Of a DNA stretch of 64,000 nt, positions 1 through 9,481 are shown in pieces. Both the position numbers and the translations under genes were made by a program. Below the pieces are notes generated by a model. It was not told where the DNA came from. It worked only from the letters and a program-made list of their open reading frames with translations, and did not search any database. The stretch's first letter is position 1. Every line of letters begins with the position of its first letter. The DNA lies in IMG/VR virus record IMGVR_UViG_3300044797_000101, positions 32,001 to 96,000 of that record. One strand, 5' to 3'. Origin of the DNA: a virus.

Positions 1-760
1 GAATCATATCTCCTGCACCACATTCACCAGAAGCAGTTTTTATAGAAGCTTCTTTGCTTGTACCAGCTACGATATCTTTCTGAAGTACTCCAGCTTCCTG
101 GGTTACTTCTTTACGTTCATCGGCTTCGCGACCATTACCTGGGATTGCTTTCTCAGCATCTTTAGGCAATTTGAATTTATCTTCGGAAGGATGTTCAAAG
201 TCATGCGCCTTCTCAGGAACATCAGTACGGAATAAATCTTTTTCTTTGACTTCTGCTGGTACTGCATCTTTTGTAAATTGTTTGAAAGCCTTCTGCCAGT
301 CAAGCATTGTAGCATCAGGAATGAGCTCAAGCAGAGCCTTCTCTGCTTTCTCGCGTGAGGAAGCTACTTCTGCTTTCGCTTTCTCTTTCAATTCATAGAA
401 CATCTCGCTTGTATTCTGCGCTTTATGACCACGCGCTTCAGCCAACATCTCGGCTAGAGCATAGTCAGAAAGGCTTGATACATCGCGTTTATAATCACGA
501 TTCATAACTTCTTCAGGAGTTACACCATCGGCGATAACATCATCTAGAGCAGCTGTTTTACCAAGAGTCATTGCCTCTTGTTTTAGCTTCTCACGATATT
601 CGGCTTCAACAGTGACAGGATCAAGATCTAATACATCATTAACCCAAGGATGAGCTACGACCTTACGATCAAAATGATCTTGTTTATCAGTTCCCTGACT
701 TTCCATAGCCTCTTTAGAAATTTTATTTCCCATCATATTATCAAGCCATTCTTTTGCCAT
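1..760 (-). CDS. Large acidic hypothetical protein, truncated at window edge (not in ORF track)
   Basis: Manual translation from ATG 760 (AGGAG upstream): MAKEWLDNMMGNKISKEAMESQ..., open to position 1. Confidence 0.8.
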   Translation of the reverse strand, partial: MAKEWLDNMMGNKISKEAMESQGTDKQDHFDRKVVAHPWVNDVLDLDPVTVEAEYREKLKQEAMTLGKTAALDDVIADGVTPEEVMNRDYKRDVSSLSDYALAEMLAEARGHKAQNTSEMFYELKEKAKAEVASSREKAEKALLELIPDATMLDWQKAFKQFTKDAVPAEVKEKDLFRTDVPEKAHDFEHPSEDKFKLPKDAEKAIPGNGREADERKEVTQEAGVLQKDIVAGTSKEASIKTASGECGAGDMI

Positions 761-777
761 TGTAATTCTCCTTAAAT

Positions 778-924
778 TTATTCCTCAGCTGTTAAGCCAA
801 AATCGTTACATTTAGCGCAATTAGTACATGCGTAACCTGTGTACTCAACGTAGTGTAGATGATATTTAACATCACACCCACACCAACAAGTTTTTATCTT
901 TAATTCTTTTGGAGTTTTTTTCAC
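778..924 (-). CDS. Small Cys/His zinc-finger-like protein without tag (48 aa)
   Basis: Manual: VKKTPKELKIKTCWCGCDVKYHLHYVEYTGYACTNCAKCNDFGLTAEE. Confidence 0.6.
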   Translation of the reverse strand: MKKTPKELKIKTCWCGCDVKYHLHYVEYTGYACTNCAKCNDFGLTAEE

Positions 925-1097
925 TTCTTATCCCAGTCAAAAGACAAGTCAGCATCATCCAGTTCAGCTTCTTCCAAAGCTTTCTGAATTTCTTGCTTAT
1001 TGTTTTGTCGTTGGTAGTCTGTTTTGACCTTATGGATTTTTGTGTTTGGATCGAAATCTTTTGGAAACGATTTTCTGATCTTAATCTCATCTTTCAT
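921..1097 (-). CDS. Hypothetical protein (58 aa)
   Basis: Manual: MKDEIKIRKSFPKDFDPNTK...; GTGA overlap with next gene. Confidence 0.6.
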   Translation of the reverse strand: MKDEIKIRKSFPKDFDPNTKIHKVKTDYQRQNNKQEIQKALEEAELDDADLSFDWDKK

Positions 1098-1188
1098 ATT
1101 GTTATCTACTAATAAAGCAAAATTAGAACGTAGAACTCCTATTAATACATCAAAATATTATACTTTTCTACTTGACAATGATTGTTAT

Positions 1189-1815
1189 CTACTTATGTTT
1201 ACGCTTCACAGCAGGTTTTACAATCTCGTGAACAATACCAGCTTTTAAAGCATCTTCAGGAAAATAATAATAGTTTAATCCAGTATTCAACATAACGAAC
1301 CAATCCTTTTTAGGGAGATTAGTTCTAGAGGCATACCAAACAGACCATCTCTCAAAGTAACGTCTATGAAGATCAGATTCTGTCATAATCTGAGGAAGGG
1401 TTTGATATTCGAATCGAGAAGATCCAGAATGCATCATTAGGATTGTATTAGGGTAAACAACACGTTTATCCCCAGCAAGAAAGATATCAAAGGCAGCAGA
1501 CATTGCTTGACCTAGGGCAATTGTAGTAACTTGAGCCTTGCATGTAAGGATAGCGTCTACAACCATTTGACCATCTTCAACTGAACCACCAGGAGAATTA
1601 ATTATAATTTTAATGGGTTTATTAGAATTACCCATACGCCCAAGAGGAAGTACAATACGTTCTATAACGCTCTTGTCAATTACGCCATTATATAGAATTG
1701 TACGATCTTTTAAAAGGGCTTTATATGTCTCGACCTCAAACTCAGAAAACGGATTAAACTGATTAGATGCTTGCTCTTCATCTTCATCATCGTGTGTTTG
1801 GTCTTGAGGTTTCAT
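1189..1815 (-). CDS. clpP: ClpP-family serine protease subunit (divergent paralogue)
   Basis: INSPGGSV, GQAMSAA (catalytic Ser), LMMH (catalytic His). Confidence 0.9.
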   Translation of the reverse strand: MKPQDQTHDDEDEEQASNQFNPFSEFEVETYKALLKDRTILYNGVIDKSVIERIVLPLGRMGNSNKPIKIIINSPGGSVEDGQMVVDAILTCKAQVTTIALGQAMSAAFDIFLAGDKRVVYPNTILMMHSGSSRFEYQTLPQIMTESDLHRRYFERWSVWYASRTNLPKKDWFVMLNTGLNYYYFPEDALKAGIVHEIVKPAVKRKHK

Positions 1816-2306
1816 CGTGTTTCTCCTTTTTGCTTAAGACGAACTCTAAATACTCTAAATTGTCAGACGGTTTGCAATCTTCAATTCCACCCCATTCAGC
1901 AACATGTCGATTATCTGGAAGAAATGGAACACCACATCTACAATAGCTTTTGTACTTTTTCATTTACTTCTGTGATTCAAATAATTACACTCAACACATC
2001 GATATTCTTGCTCACTCACTTGCACTGCAACCCCATTACAAAGCATACAACGTGTATTAGACGATTCCATTTAAACTCCCTCTAAGTCGCATACCGGTTT
2101 ATCTATCTCAATATAACGTGAAGCATTGATAAGCCAAATCTTTTGGCCTCTAGCTTTTTGAAACCTACCGTAAACATCTCCAAGTCCTTCATGACAAACC
2201 ATTTCAGGGTTTCCATGAACTTCAGTGCGCTTGCCGTTCTGATCAACTAAATAATTGCCTTCACTACTCCAGTGAATACTGAGTGGTTGTACTAAGGCAA
2301 CTAAGA

Positions 2307-2579
2307 TTAAGAATTTTCTGTACATTTTTCTTCCATCATTTCTAGATATTTTAAATTATCAACTGGAAAACAAGGTGAACCCACTTCTTTTTCTTCAATC
2401 CTGAATCGACTCTTAAAATCCGCTCTACCTGAAAAGTGTTCTAAATCTGGACCATATTCTTGATCTACAGGATATTTAATGAAGTACTTTCTGTAATTCT
2501 CTGCTTCAGTTTTTGTTTCAAAAATACCTAAGCAATGTCTATCTTCCCACTCAACAAACCAGAGAAGATAGATTTTCAT
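2307..2579 (-). CDS. DNLxYLE-tagged small protein (no zinc finger)
   Basis: ...FPVDNLKYLEMMEEK. Confidence 0.8.
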   Translation of the reverse strand: MKIYLLWFVEWEDRHCLGIFETKTEAENYRKYFIKYPVDQEYGPDLEHFSGRADFKSRFRIEEKEVGSPCFPVDNLKYLEMMEEKCTENS

Positions 2580-2805
2580 TTCTTAACCCAATCCTGTAAC
2601 AATTTACCGCAGTCTTCACAAATACGCCCTGATATAAATATAGCACTATTTTTCACAGCTGTCAAGGTTATTGTTTTATCTGATTGAATCTTTATGTTAC
2701 CACAATGGGAACAAATGAATGTAGGAATACTAGGGGGATTTGGTTGAACATTTTCTTGAGTCACACGACTACGACCGTATTTATTACCTTTACCGTATGG
2801 CATTC

Positions 2806-3276
2806 TTATTTACCTTTAAACAGGCCTGGATTGATCTGTTTAGCTTTATCTATTGATCCGTCAAAATTTTTATAGAAGCTATAATCACCATCTCTAGCAA
2901 TCTGTTCCATACCAAGGCATTCGCGACCTTTTGATGTAATCTGTATGTCGTAATCGCGTGGAGAAATTTGCCATGTTACACAAAGCCTACCATTTGGAGT
3001 AGGATGTTCTTTATGGCCACATTGTTCTAAACGAGCAAGTTCTGTACGTCTATTATCAACCAGCATGAGAAGACCACTGTTAAAACACTCTTTAAGCATG
3101 TTCTCAAATACAGTACTAAAATACATTTTTTTAGAGATTTTCTGACCAGGCCAAATCTCCTTACGATTAACTGGATTAGCAATGTGCAAAGATCCAATCA
3201 TAACAGAATCTGTATAATTATGAGGTTTCATATCCCCAAATACTGATAGCACATGATAACGTTGAATCCTTTTCAT
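2806..3276 (-). CDS. Hypothetical protein
   Basis: 156-aa ORF in packed minus-strand operon. Confidence 0.7.
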   Translation of the reverse strand: MKRIQRYHVLSVFGDMKPHNYTDSVMIGSLHIANPVNRKEIWPGQKISKKMYFSTVFENMLKECFNSGLLMLVDNRRTELARLEQCGHKEHPTPNGRLCVTWQISPRDYDIQITSKGRECLGMEQIARDGDYSFYKNFDGSIDKAKQINPGLFKGK

Positions 3277-3278
3277 AT

Positions 3279-3554
3279 CTACTCCTTTGACATTAATTGC
3301 TTGTATTCTAGATATGTTAGATTATCGAGCATAGCATTAAGGACCATGAATTCAAGATAAACTTCCATATAACGGCGTGTATACTTGCCTGATTGAAACT
3401 CTCTAAATAACTGCTCTAAGTTTTGCTTAGAAAAAGTAACATTATGATTATCAGTATACGATGGAGCCCAAACAAGATTTCCAGCACCATTATATGTCAA
3501 TGATGAACCGGATAAACCTGATGACGTAGTAACACCTGTAATGTTATTAGACAT
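3279..3554 (-). CDS. DNLxYLE-tagged small protein (no zinc finger)
   Basis: ...AMLDNLTYLEYKQ. Confidence 0.75.
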   Translation of the reverse strand: MSNNITGVTTSSGLSGSSLTYNGAGNLVWAPSYTDNHNVTFSKQNLEQLFREFQSGKYTRRYMEVYLEFMVLNAMLDNLTYLEYKQLMSKE

Positions 3555-3556
3555 TT

Positions 3557-4225
3557 TTAGCTATCTAATTCAAGCTGATCTTCACTGAATGTATTACGAA
3601 TAACTTTCTTCTCATAACCGCGTTCAAGCTTACCAGTTTTTTTATTCAAACGAATCTTGGGAATTTTACCACCCTGGAATTCTACGTCAAATACCTTTGC
3701 AGCTTCGTTTCCAATGATACGTGTTACTTTGCCCTTCTTACCAACCCAATTGATTCGGCTAGCAGAAACCATGTAGATGATCTTAACCTTACTGCCTACA
3801 CGAATCTTACCTGACCAGTCATTCTCCTCTTCCTCTTCTTCAAGAGCAAGCTTATTAAGATCTGCTTCAGAAGCATCTTCCAAGGCAACGATCTCAGTAA
3901 CGATGAATTTATCATCACCAGGAACTTCTGCAACTGGAATAACAACCTTCGCGGCTGGTTTAATCTCACCAACTTCCTCAAGGATAGGTTTATCCTCCGA
4001 AACTGCTGTAGGAATTGAACCACCCATAAATGCTAATACTTCTTCTACAGTTTTACCTGTTTGAGCAGCGATCATTTGGGCCATTGCAAACTTTGGATCA
4101 ACTGGTTTAGCTGCTGTAGATACACCAGCCATAGCAGCAAAAATCCTGGCTTGTTCAGCATTCATACCCTGATTGTCTGCAACATACAGCGGATCATGCG
4201 CATCTCTTTGAATAAATTCACCCAT
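3557..4225 (-). CDS. Hypothetical protein, possible C-terminal KOW/SH3-like domain
   Basis: IRVGSKVKII...GKKGKVTRI...FDVEF. Confidence 0.6.
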   Translation of the reverse strand: MGEFIQRDAHDPLYVADNQGMNAEQARIFAAMAGVSTAAKPVDPKFAMAQMIAAQTGKTVEEVLAFMGGSIPTAVSEDKPILEEVGEIKPAAKVVIPVAEVPGDDKFIVTEIVALEDASEADLNKLALEEEEEENDWSGKIRVGSKVKIIYMVSASRINWVGKKGKVTRIIGNEAAKVFDVEFQGGKIPKIRLNKKTGKLERGYEKKVIRNTFSEDQLELDS

Positions 4226-4621
4226 TATAATTTTCCTCCTATGTAAGCTATAAATCTTTTAAACAACTGTTTATTGTCAAATACATGTAGTCTTGTGTTG
4301 CATCTACCACAAATTACACCTCTAAACCTACCAGTATGATGATTATGGTCAACTACTAGTTTTCTAGATACTAAACAAATAAGACATTTATTATCTTGCT
4401 GTTTACGTATTCTATTAAATTGCTCTAACGTAATGCCGTATTTGTATTTCAATTTAATATTTCTAAGTTTATCAGGATTTGCTTTATTCCATAATCTACT
4501 ACGTTTATTTTTATACTGTCTATTTTTTTTCTACACCATGCTCTTTGTGCATCTGCTTTTTTTCTTCTTATTCTTTAAATACCAAAGATGATCAAGATAT
4601 TTTTTTATGACTTCTATTCAT
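4225..4621 (-). pseudogene. Endonuclease VII-type (His-Me) endonuclease with frameshifted 5' part
   Basis: YGITLEQF...CLIC...LVVDHNHHTGRFRGVICGRCN; basic N-terminal part broken at three poly-A runs. Confidence 0.7.
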
Positions 4622-4630
4622 AAATACCTA

Positions 4631-4792
4631 TTAATTCTCCTTGAATTGAAAACATCTCACTTCACCTGAGCACTGTAAACACCAACCTTGGCTCAAGTAA
4701 AGTGCCATTCCTAATCCGACCTCGACTTGCCCAGCTTTACCTGTATGGGCAAGTTGAATATGTTGACATCCACTGCATAACTTCTCACTCAT
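4631..4792 (-). CDS. Zinc-finger family member ending where the tag would begin (53 aa)
   Basis: Manual: MSEKLCSGCQHIQLAH...WCLQCSGEVRCFQFKEN*. Confidence 0.7.
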   Translation of the reverse strand: MSEKLCSGCQHIQLAHTGKAGQVEVGLGMALYLSQGWCLQCSGEVRCFQFKEN

Positions 4793-4793
4793 A

Positions 4794-5153
4794 TTAAGCT
4801 TGAGGAGGAACTACCGCAGCATCAACTGGTGTTGCAGCTACCTGCTGAACCTGTTGTGTTGTTGGAACAATGATTTCAGGAGCTGCAGCTTTCGCGGCTG
4901 CATCTTCAGCTTCTTTCTGCATTTCCTTAATAATCTCACCAGACATCTCTGTCATTTCAGCTTCAGTAATGTTATTCTTTTTGATAAGCAAACGTTGAAT
5001 GGCAAGGAGACGAATTTCTTTCCCGGTTGAATCCAAACGAATGGCCTGTTGAAAGTTCTGAATGAACTGAACAATCTGTTGACCTTGTTGTGCAACCTGA
5101 TTAATTTTAGCTTCTAACTGATGAACTAAACCGTAAACTGTATCATCTCGCAT
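4794..5153 (-). CDS. Hypothetical coiled-coil protein
   Basis: 119 aa, Gln/Ala-rich, AGGAG upstream. Confidence 0.7.
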   Translation of the reverse strand: MRDDTVYGLVHQLEAKINQVAQQGQQIVQFIQNFQQAIRLDSTGKEIRLLAIQRLLIKKNNITEAEMTEMSGEIIKEMQKEAEDAAAKAAAPEIIVPTTQQVQQVAATPVDAAVVPPQA

Positions 5154-5367
5154 GGTGAAACTCCTATTTAGTAAAATTAACTACGTAATCAATGGTTTCT
5201 GTAGGCATTTGAAACAGAACTTTATTATGATCATTATCATCGACCACATTAATCATTCTGCGTTGAGCTGTAACAACCAAGTGCTTGGTTACTACCAATC
5301 CGATGGTTGTAAGAACCAGCAAACAGGTCAGGCTGTAAAAGACATGAAATAACGCCTTCATGTTATT

Positions 5368-5553
5368 TTACTGAGCTGCTGTTTCTAGTGGTGTTTCTGC
5401 TGTGACTGGTTTGAGCTCACGGAGCCAATTGTATATAGTAGGAACTGAAACTCCAAACTGTTTAGCAATCGCTTCATAATGCTTTGGACCCTGTTCTGCT
5501 GCAGCTGCGAGTACTGCTGTGCGTGTTTCTGCGCTGATTGATCGACGTGCCAT
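5368..5553 (-). CDS. Small helix-turn-helix DNA-binding protein
   Basis: EAIAKQFGVSVPTIYNWLR; AGGAG upstream of ATG 5553. Confidence 0.75.
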   Translation of the reverse strand: MARRSISAETRTAVLAAAAEQGPKHYEAIAKQFGVSVPTIYNWLRELKPVTAETPLETAAQ

Positions 5554-6002
5554 TGTATATCTCCTTAGGTTATTTCGTTGTGTTGTCAATTATCTGGGAT
5601 TTTCGTAACTGCAAATAATCATAAATCACCTGCTCATTTAACTCTTCTTTTAGTCTAATGTCTTCTGTTGCCGCGGAAGCTTGTGCAATCCAGCAATTAA
5701 CCAGTCTTGATATATCACCGTCATTTACATCAAATTCCTCTAAAAGAATACGAGCAGCCAATTGCAATTCATCAACAGTTGGTTGACCATTACCTAGCAA
5801 GTACCAGCTCACAAGTTTAGTAGCAGCTTGATGACGTACACGATAGTCTTTGCTGACCATACCTTCTTTAAAAGTATCAAATGATCCATCGGACATTTGA
5901 GTTAAATCAAATATATTAAACTCTGGAACAACTAATTTATTGGCCAATCGTGTCAATTGAGCAGCAAGTTGCAATAGCAAATTAGACAACAATCCTTTAA
6001 AC

Positions 6003-6467
6003 TTATTCATTATTCTTATCCTCGCTTTTATTGTATGCTTCTTCAACGATCTCAAGCCCATCAAGATCTTCTTTTTTCGTATGATCTAAACATGCGGTAT
6101 ACAACCAACCATGTCCGCGTATCGCACCTAGCTTGCCACATTGTTCACAAATAGTAGCTGTTTCCTCTTCCCAAGCTTCAACAAGGTTGTGCATCTCTTC
6201 TGTTCCTGATGATAGATACCAACGACCTGTACCATATTTTTCTTTAAGTTGAGAAGTTCTATAGTATCCATATTCGTGTGCTTCTGGGTCTTTCTCAATA
6301 GCAGCTTTAATAAGCGGTTCAAGCTTCTCTGCGGTCTTTCTAATAGAAGGTTCCCAACCATCGCTACATTCAAATCCAAACATAGACCAAGGTTCTTTAC
6401 CAGTTGGATTGCGCGCAAATGTCAACGGAAAATCTTTTACTAATGCTTCGTCTAATTTATGTTTCAT
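6003..6467 (-). CDS. Phage hypothetical protein with CxxC
   Basis: GFECSDGW...QLKEKYG...TICEQCG...LYTAC. Confidence 0.7.
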   Translation of the reverse strand: MKHKLDEALVKDFPLTFARNPTGKEPWSMFGFECSDGWEPSIRKTAEKLEPLIKAAIEKDPEAHEYGYYRTSQLKEKYGTGRWYLSSGTEEMHNLVEAWEEETATICEQCGKLGAIRGHGWLYTACLDHTKKEDLDGLEIVEEAYNKSEDKNNE

Positions 6468-6913
6468 AATTTCATCAAGTGACTTATAATAAGTTTTCCA
6501 TTGAGGTGATCAGCTTCATGTTGAACAATGCGTGCATCAAATCCTGTAAATTCTAAATTAACTTTTTCACCGTTAAGTCGTTGACACTCAACACGAACAC
6601 CAAGATAACGAGGAACATTCACATTCGTACCTGGGCAACTTAAGCAACCTTCTGTCAATGTGTCCACCTCTTTACTATACCCTGTTATTATAAGATTCGC
6701 AACTACTAAAATTTTAGATTTGTTTTCTATGTATAAAGCTGCAAGATTCTTATTTAGTCCAATTTGATTTGCTGCAAGCCCAATACCTTTATAAGCAAGC
6801 ATTGTTTCAATCATATCACCAGCAATGTTATCTAGTCCAGTAAAATCAGTAACAAGATCAACTTTCTTATTTAAAATTGGTTCTATATATAACCTAACTG
6901 GTTTTACGCTCAC
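6464..6913 (-). CDS. def: Peptide deformylase
   Basis: GIGLAANQIG, EGCLS, QHEADHLNG. Confidence 0.95.
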   Translation of the reverse strand: MSVKPVRLYIEPILNKKVDLVTDFTGLDNIAGDMIETMLAYKGIGLAANQIGLNKNLAALYIENKSKILVVANLIITGYSKEVDTLTEGCLSCPGTNVNVPRYLGVRVECQRLNGEKVNLEFTGFDARIVQHEADHLNGKLIISHLMKL

Positions 6914-7220
6914 TCAATGCCTCCAAGTACTTAAGATTGTCTACCTTAAAAATCTTACACTGACAATCACGACATTTACTGTACTGTGCTCTTAATTTCT
7001 CTGCTTCTTGAAATGCAGCTTCATACGTATAATATTGCTGCTGATCACGATCCATAACATGATAACCAACGACACCCATCTTGTCCGGATGACGGACTAC
7101 AGTTATACCCTTCTGGCTCTCAAGCTTAAGCAATAATTCATGTGATGAAGTATCTTCATGATATCTGTGAAGATATTCTGCATGATTACATGTGCACATC
7201 TTTTTAACAGATTCGTTCAT
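6894..7220 (-). CDS. DNLxYLE-tagged zinc-finger protein
   Basis: CTCNH...CRDCQCKIFKVDNLKYLE; start reassigned to MNESVKK. Confidence 0.8.
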   Translation of the reverse strand: MNESVKKMCTCNHAEYLHRYHEDTSSHELLLKLESQKGITVVRHPDKMGVVGYHVMDRDQQQYYTYEAAFQEAEKLRAQYSKCRDCQCKIFKVDNLKYLEALSERKTS

Positions 7221-7404
7221 TTCTATCAAGCCATTCAATAAATTCAAGATTATCCATTGGTTTAAACTTCTTACACTTACACTTCCCATTATTCTTATCT
7301 AGCATTATACGAACAACAAGATATGTTTCTGCATCAATAGCACCTGATGGATGATCAAGCCAAAGACATCCACAACGACTACAATGCTTGTTGTCCTTTT
7401 TCAT
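7204..7404 (-). CDS. DNLxYLE-tagged zinc-finger protein
   Basis: CSRCGC...CKCKKFKPMDNLEFIEW. Confidence 0.8.
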   Translation of the reverse strand: MKKDNKHCSRCGCLWLDHPSGAIDAETYLVVRIMLDKNNGKCKCKKFKPMDNLEFIEWLDRNERIC

Positions 7405-7582
7405 TTTGACTCTTAATCTCCAACCACTTTAAATTATCTACTGGGGTATAAGTCGTACACCAAAAGCCTGGTTTATGAACATGCTCTCTACAATAATAGA
7501 CATCTTCTTTAGAACCTTTAAAAGAGAGTTTTGCATGATCATCAAAAGAGCATCCACAAATACATGGACGTTCTGTGTTCAT
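7379..7582 (-). CDS. DNLxYLE-tagged zinc-finger protein
   Basis: CICGC...YTPVDNLKWLE. Confidence 0.8.
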   Translation of the reverse strand: MNTERPCICGCSFDDHAKLSFKGSKEDVYYCREHVHKPGFWCTTYTPVDNLKWLEIKSQNEKGQQAL

Positions 7583-7980
7583 ATCTGATGCTCATCCTTG
7601 TATATAATGATATTTTCCATGTATTCTAAATTATCTAAAACATCGAATATAAGTACTAATCCTATCTCTTTAACAATACCATCATCTACAATATCATAAT
7701 CAGTTATCTGACTAAATCTAATAAATTTCTTTTCAGTTCCAAACATCACAGAAGCAACAAGCCCTTGGATTCGTAATGGATGTTCTTTTACAGCCTCAAA
7801 TAGAGGATTATCCCATCCATCAATCAATATAGAACCACTTGCTCGTGTATTCTTTACTTCTTCTTCATCCCAGTCATAATCTAAAAGAATATGAGCAGTC
7901 TCAATTATAAATTTACCTTTTGTTACTGGATCAAATCCAATGATGGGAGATTTAAAAGAATTTTGATCAATGGTTGCCAT
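7579..7980 (-). CDS. DNLxYLE-tagged protein (no zinc finger)
   Basis: ...FDVLDNLEYMEN. Confidence 0.7.
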   Translation of the reverse strand: MATIDQNSFKSPIIGFDPVTKGKFIIETAHILLDYDWDEEEVKNTRASGSILIDGWDNPLFEAVKEHPLRIQGLVASVMFGTEKKFIRFSQITDYDIVDDGIVKEIGLVLIFDVLDNLEYMENIIIYKDEHQI

Positions 7981-7981
7981 G

Positions 7982-8275
7982 TTACTTACCTATGTGAATT
8001 AGCTTCCAACCCTTAGGTTTGAAATGAGCCACAACTGTTAAAGCCATCATGCAGATAATCAAGGCTGCTGACTCCATGCCAAACCCTACCCAGTTTGCAA
8101 ATATAGCTAGATTAATAAGGTTGAAAAAGATCTTAGCCATCTTATATAGGTATGCGGAAGAGGATACTTGGTTTGAATGCTTTGAACGGAGGGTTTTTGT
8201 AATTTGTTTCCAGTAGCTTGAGAACTCAAAAAATAAGGCAATTGAAGCGCAGCATATACCAATTACTTTGATCAT
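7982..8275 (-). CDS. PQ-loop/SemiSWEET-like small membrane protein
   Basis: Three hydrophobic segments; QITKTLRSKHSNQVS loop pattern. Confidence 0.5.
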   Translation of the reverse strand: MIKVIGICCASIALFFEFSSYWKQITKTLRSKHSNQVSSSAYLYKMAKIFFNLINLAIFANWVGFGMESAALIICMMALTVVAHFKPKGWKLIHIGK

Positions 8276-8808
8276 AAACTAAAGTTTTGCCACCTGGTTG
8301 CCTTAAGAGATTTTATCATTTCTGGTGCGTGCTCTTCTAAGTATAACACAAATGTTGAACAATATCCATAGATTTCTGGTGAATCACTATAATGCTGTTC
8401 AATGTATGCAACCAAATCAGTGAGGGTAATTTCCCATAAAAAGTTAAGGAATAGCCCTTGTGGTAGAACAAGTGCAGCTTGCTCTAGACAAAGACCTTCT
8501 TTAAGCAAATTATTATGGAAGTTTAAAGCCGCATTGTAGAAATTAAAAAGCTTCGTACTATAAATATTGCATTGCTTAGAGTCAATCGCAGTGTACCCAG
8601 AATCATCTTTCTTATAGAATTCAGCAGGCACGTAAGCTAAAGGGTGATCTAGCTCGGCTAAATGATTTAAGGTGCCTAGATTTGAATCCCTGAACGCTAG
8701 AAAGGTCAATAAAGGTGCTTTGATCTCAAAAGTGAACGTAATCTCATCTTTTTCAGTGCCCTTAACGTAGGGAAGTTTAATAGTGCCTGAATTCAATACT
8801 CGTTTCAC
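8272..8808 (-). CDS. Degenerate ThyX-like protein
   Basis: TFTFEIKAP, EGLCLEQAALVLPQ, PEIY scaffold; RHR and SxR catalytic motifs absent. Confidence 0.55.
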   Translation of the reverse strand: MKRVLNSGTIKLPYVKGTEKDEITFTFEIKAPLLTFLAFRDSNLGTLNHLAELDHPLAYVPAEFYKKDDSGYTAIDSKQCNIYSTKLFNFYNAALNFHNNLLKEGLCLEQAALVLPQGLFLNFLWEITLTDLVAYIEQHYSDSPEIYGYCSTFVLYLEEHAPEMIKSLKATRWQNFSL

Positions 8809-9230
8809 GATATTACCTCATTCTTCCGTGCTGCGTTAGCCAACTTATCACATCGTTCGTTAAACTCTATACCTTCATGACCTGGTACCCAACGAGTCTT
8901 AGCTTTAAAATCAGCCATTAAATTTCTAAGCTGTTGATACTTGAGGATCTTCTCTTCCTGTCTAAACGCTCTTGTTCCGTCCGCCCAACCTAAGGTAATT
9001 TCGCTATCTGAAACAAGCCAAACGTCTGTTAACTCTTCTCGGTCCAAATTAGCATGAAGCGAATAAAGTCCTTCAATAGCACCTTCAAGCTCGCAATCGT
9101 TATTGGTAGCATAATCTAAATGACCAGACCCTTCATAAGATTTAACTCCATCAACCACAACTACAAAACCATATCCACCTGGTTTATCCTTAGTTGTACC
9201 GCTACCATCAGAATAGACTTCTACTTTCAT
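8805..9230 (-). CDS. rnhA: Ribonuclease HI
   Basis: YSDGS, TNNDCEL, SDS, WVPGH...NERCDKLA. Confidence 0.92.
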   Translation of the reverse strand: MKVEVYSDGSGTTKDKPGGYGFVVVVDGVKSYEGSGHLDYATNNDCELEGAIEGLYSLHANLDREELTDVWLVSDSEITLGWADGTRAFRQEEKILKYQQLRNLMADFKAKTRWVPGHEGIEFNERCDKLANAARKNEVIS

Positions 9231-9481
9231 TAATCAATTACGCAATCGTTATCTTTCAATCTAATGATCTGGGTCTTTTTATCATCATCTCTATAAGCAA
9301 CAAGAGGTTCTTTGCCTTTCAAAACAAACACAATCACATCTCCAGGCACGATCATGTCTATAGTCTTGATCTTGCTGTTGTTTGGATCTACACACAAAAT
9401 CTGATGTGGACGACCACCGTATGTAGACTTTTCACATCCAACTAATCCTAATAACAAACCAAGTAAAAGTATTTTTTTCAT
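9230..9481 (-). CDS. Small lipoprotein
   Basis: MKKILLLGLLLGLVGC lipobox. Confidence 0.65.
   Translation of the reverse strand: MKKILLLGLLLGLVGCEKSTYGGRPHQILCVDPNNSKIKTIDMIVPGDVIVFVLKGKEPLVAYRDDDKKTQIIRLKDNDCVID

Noticed and set aside
5368-5553. IS transposase
   Set aside because: Only a short HTH is present; no catalytic domain or terminal inverted repeats were seen.
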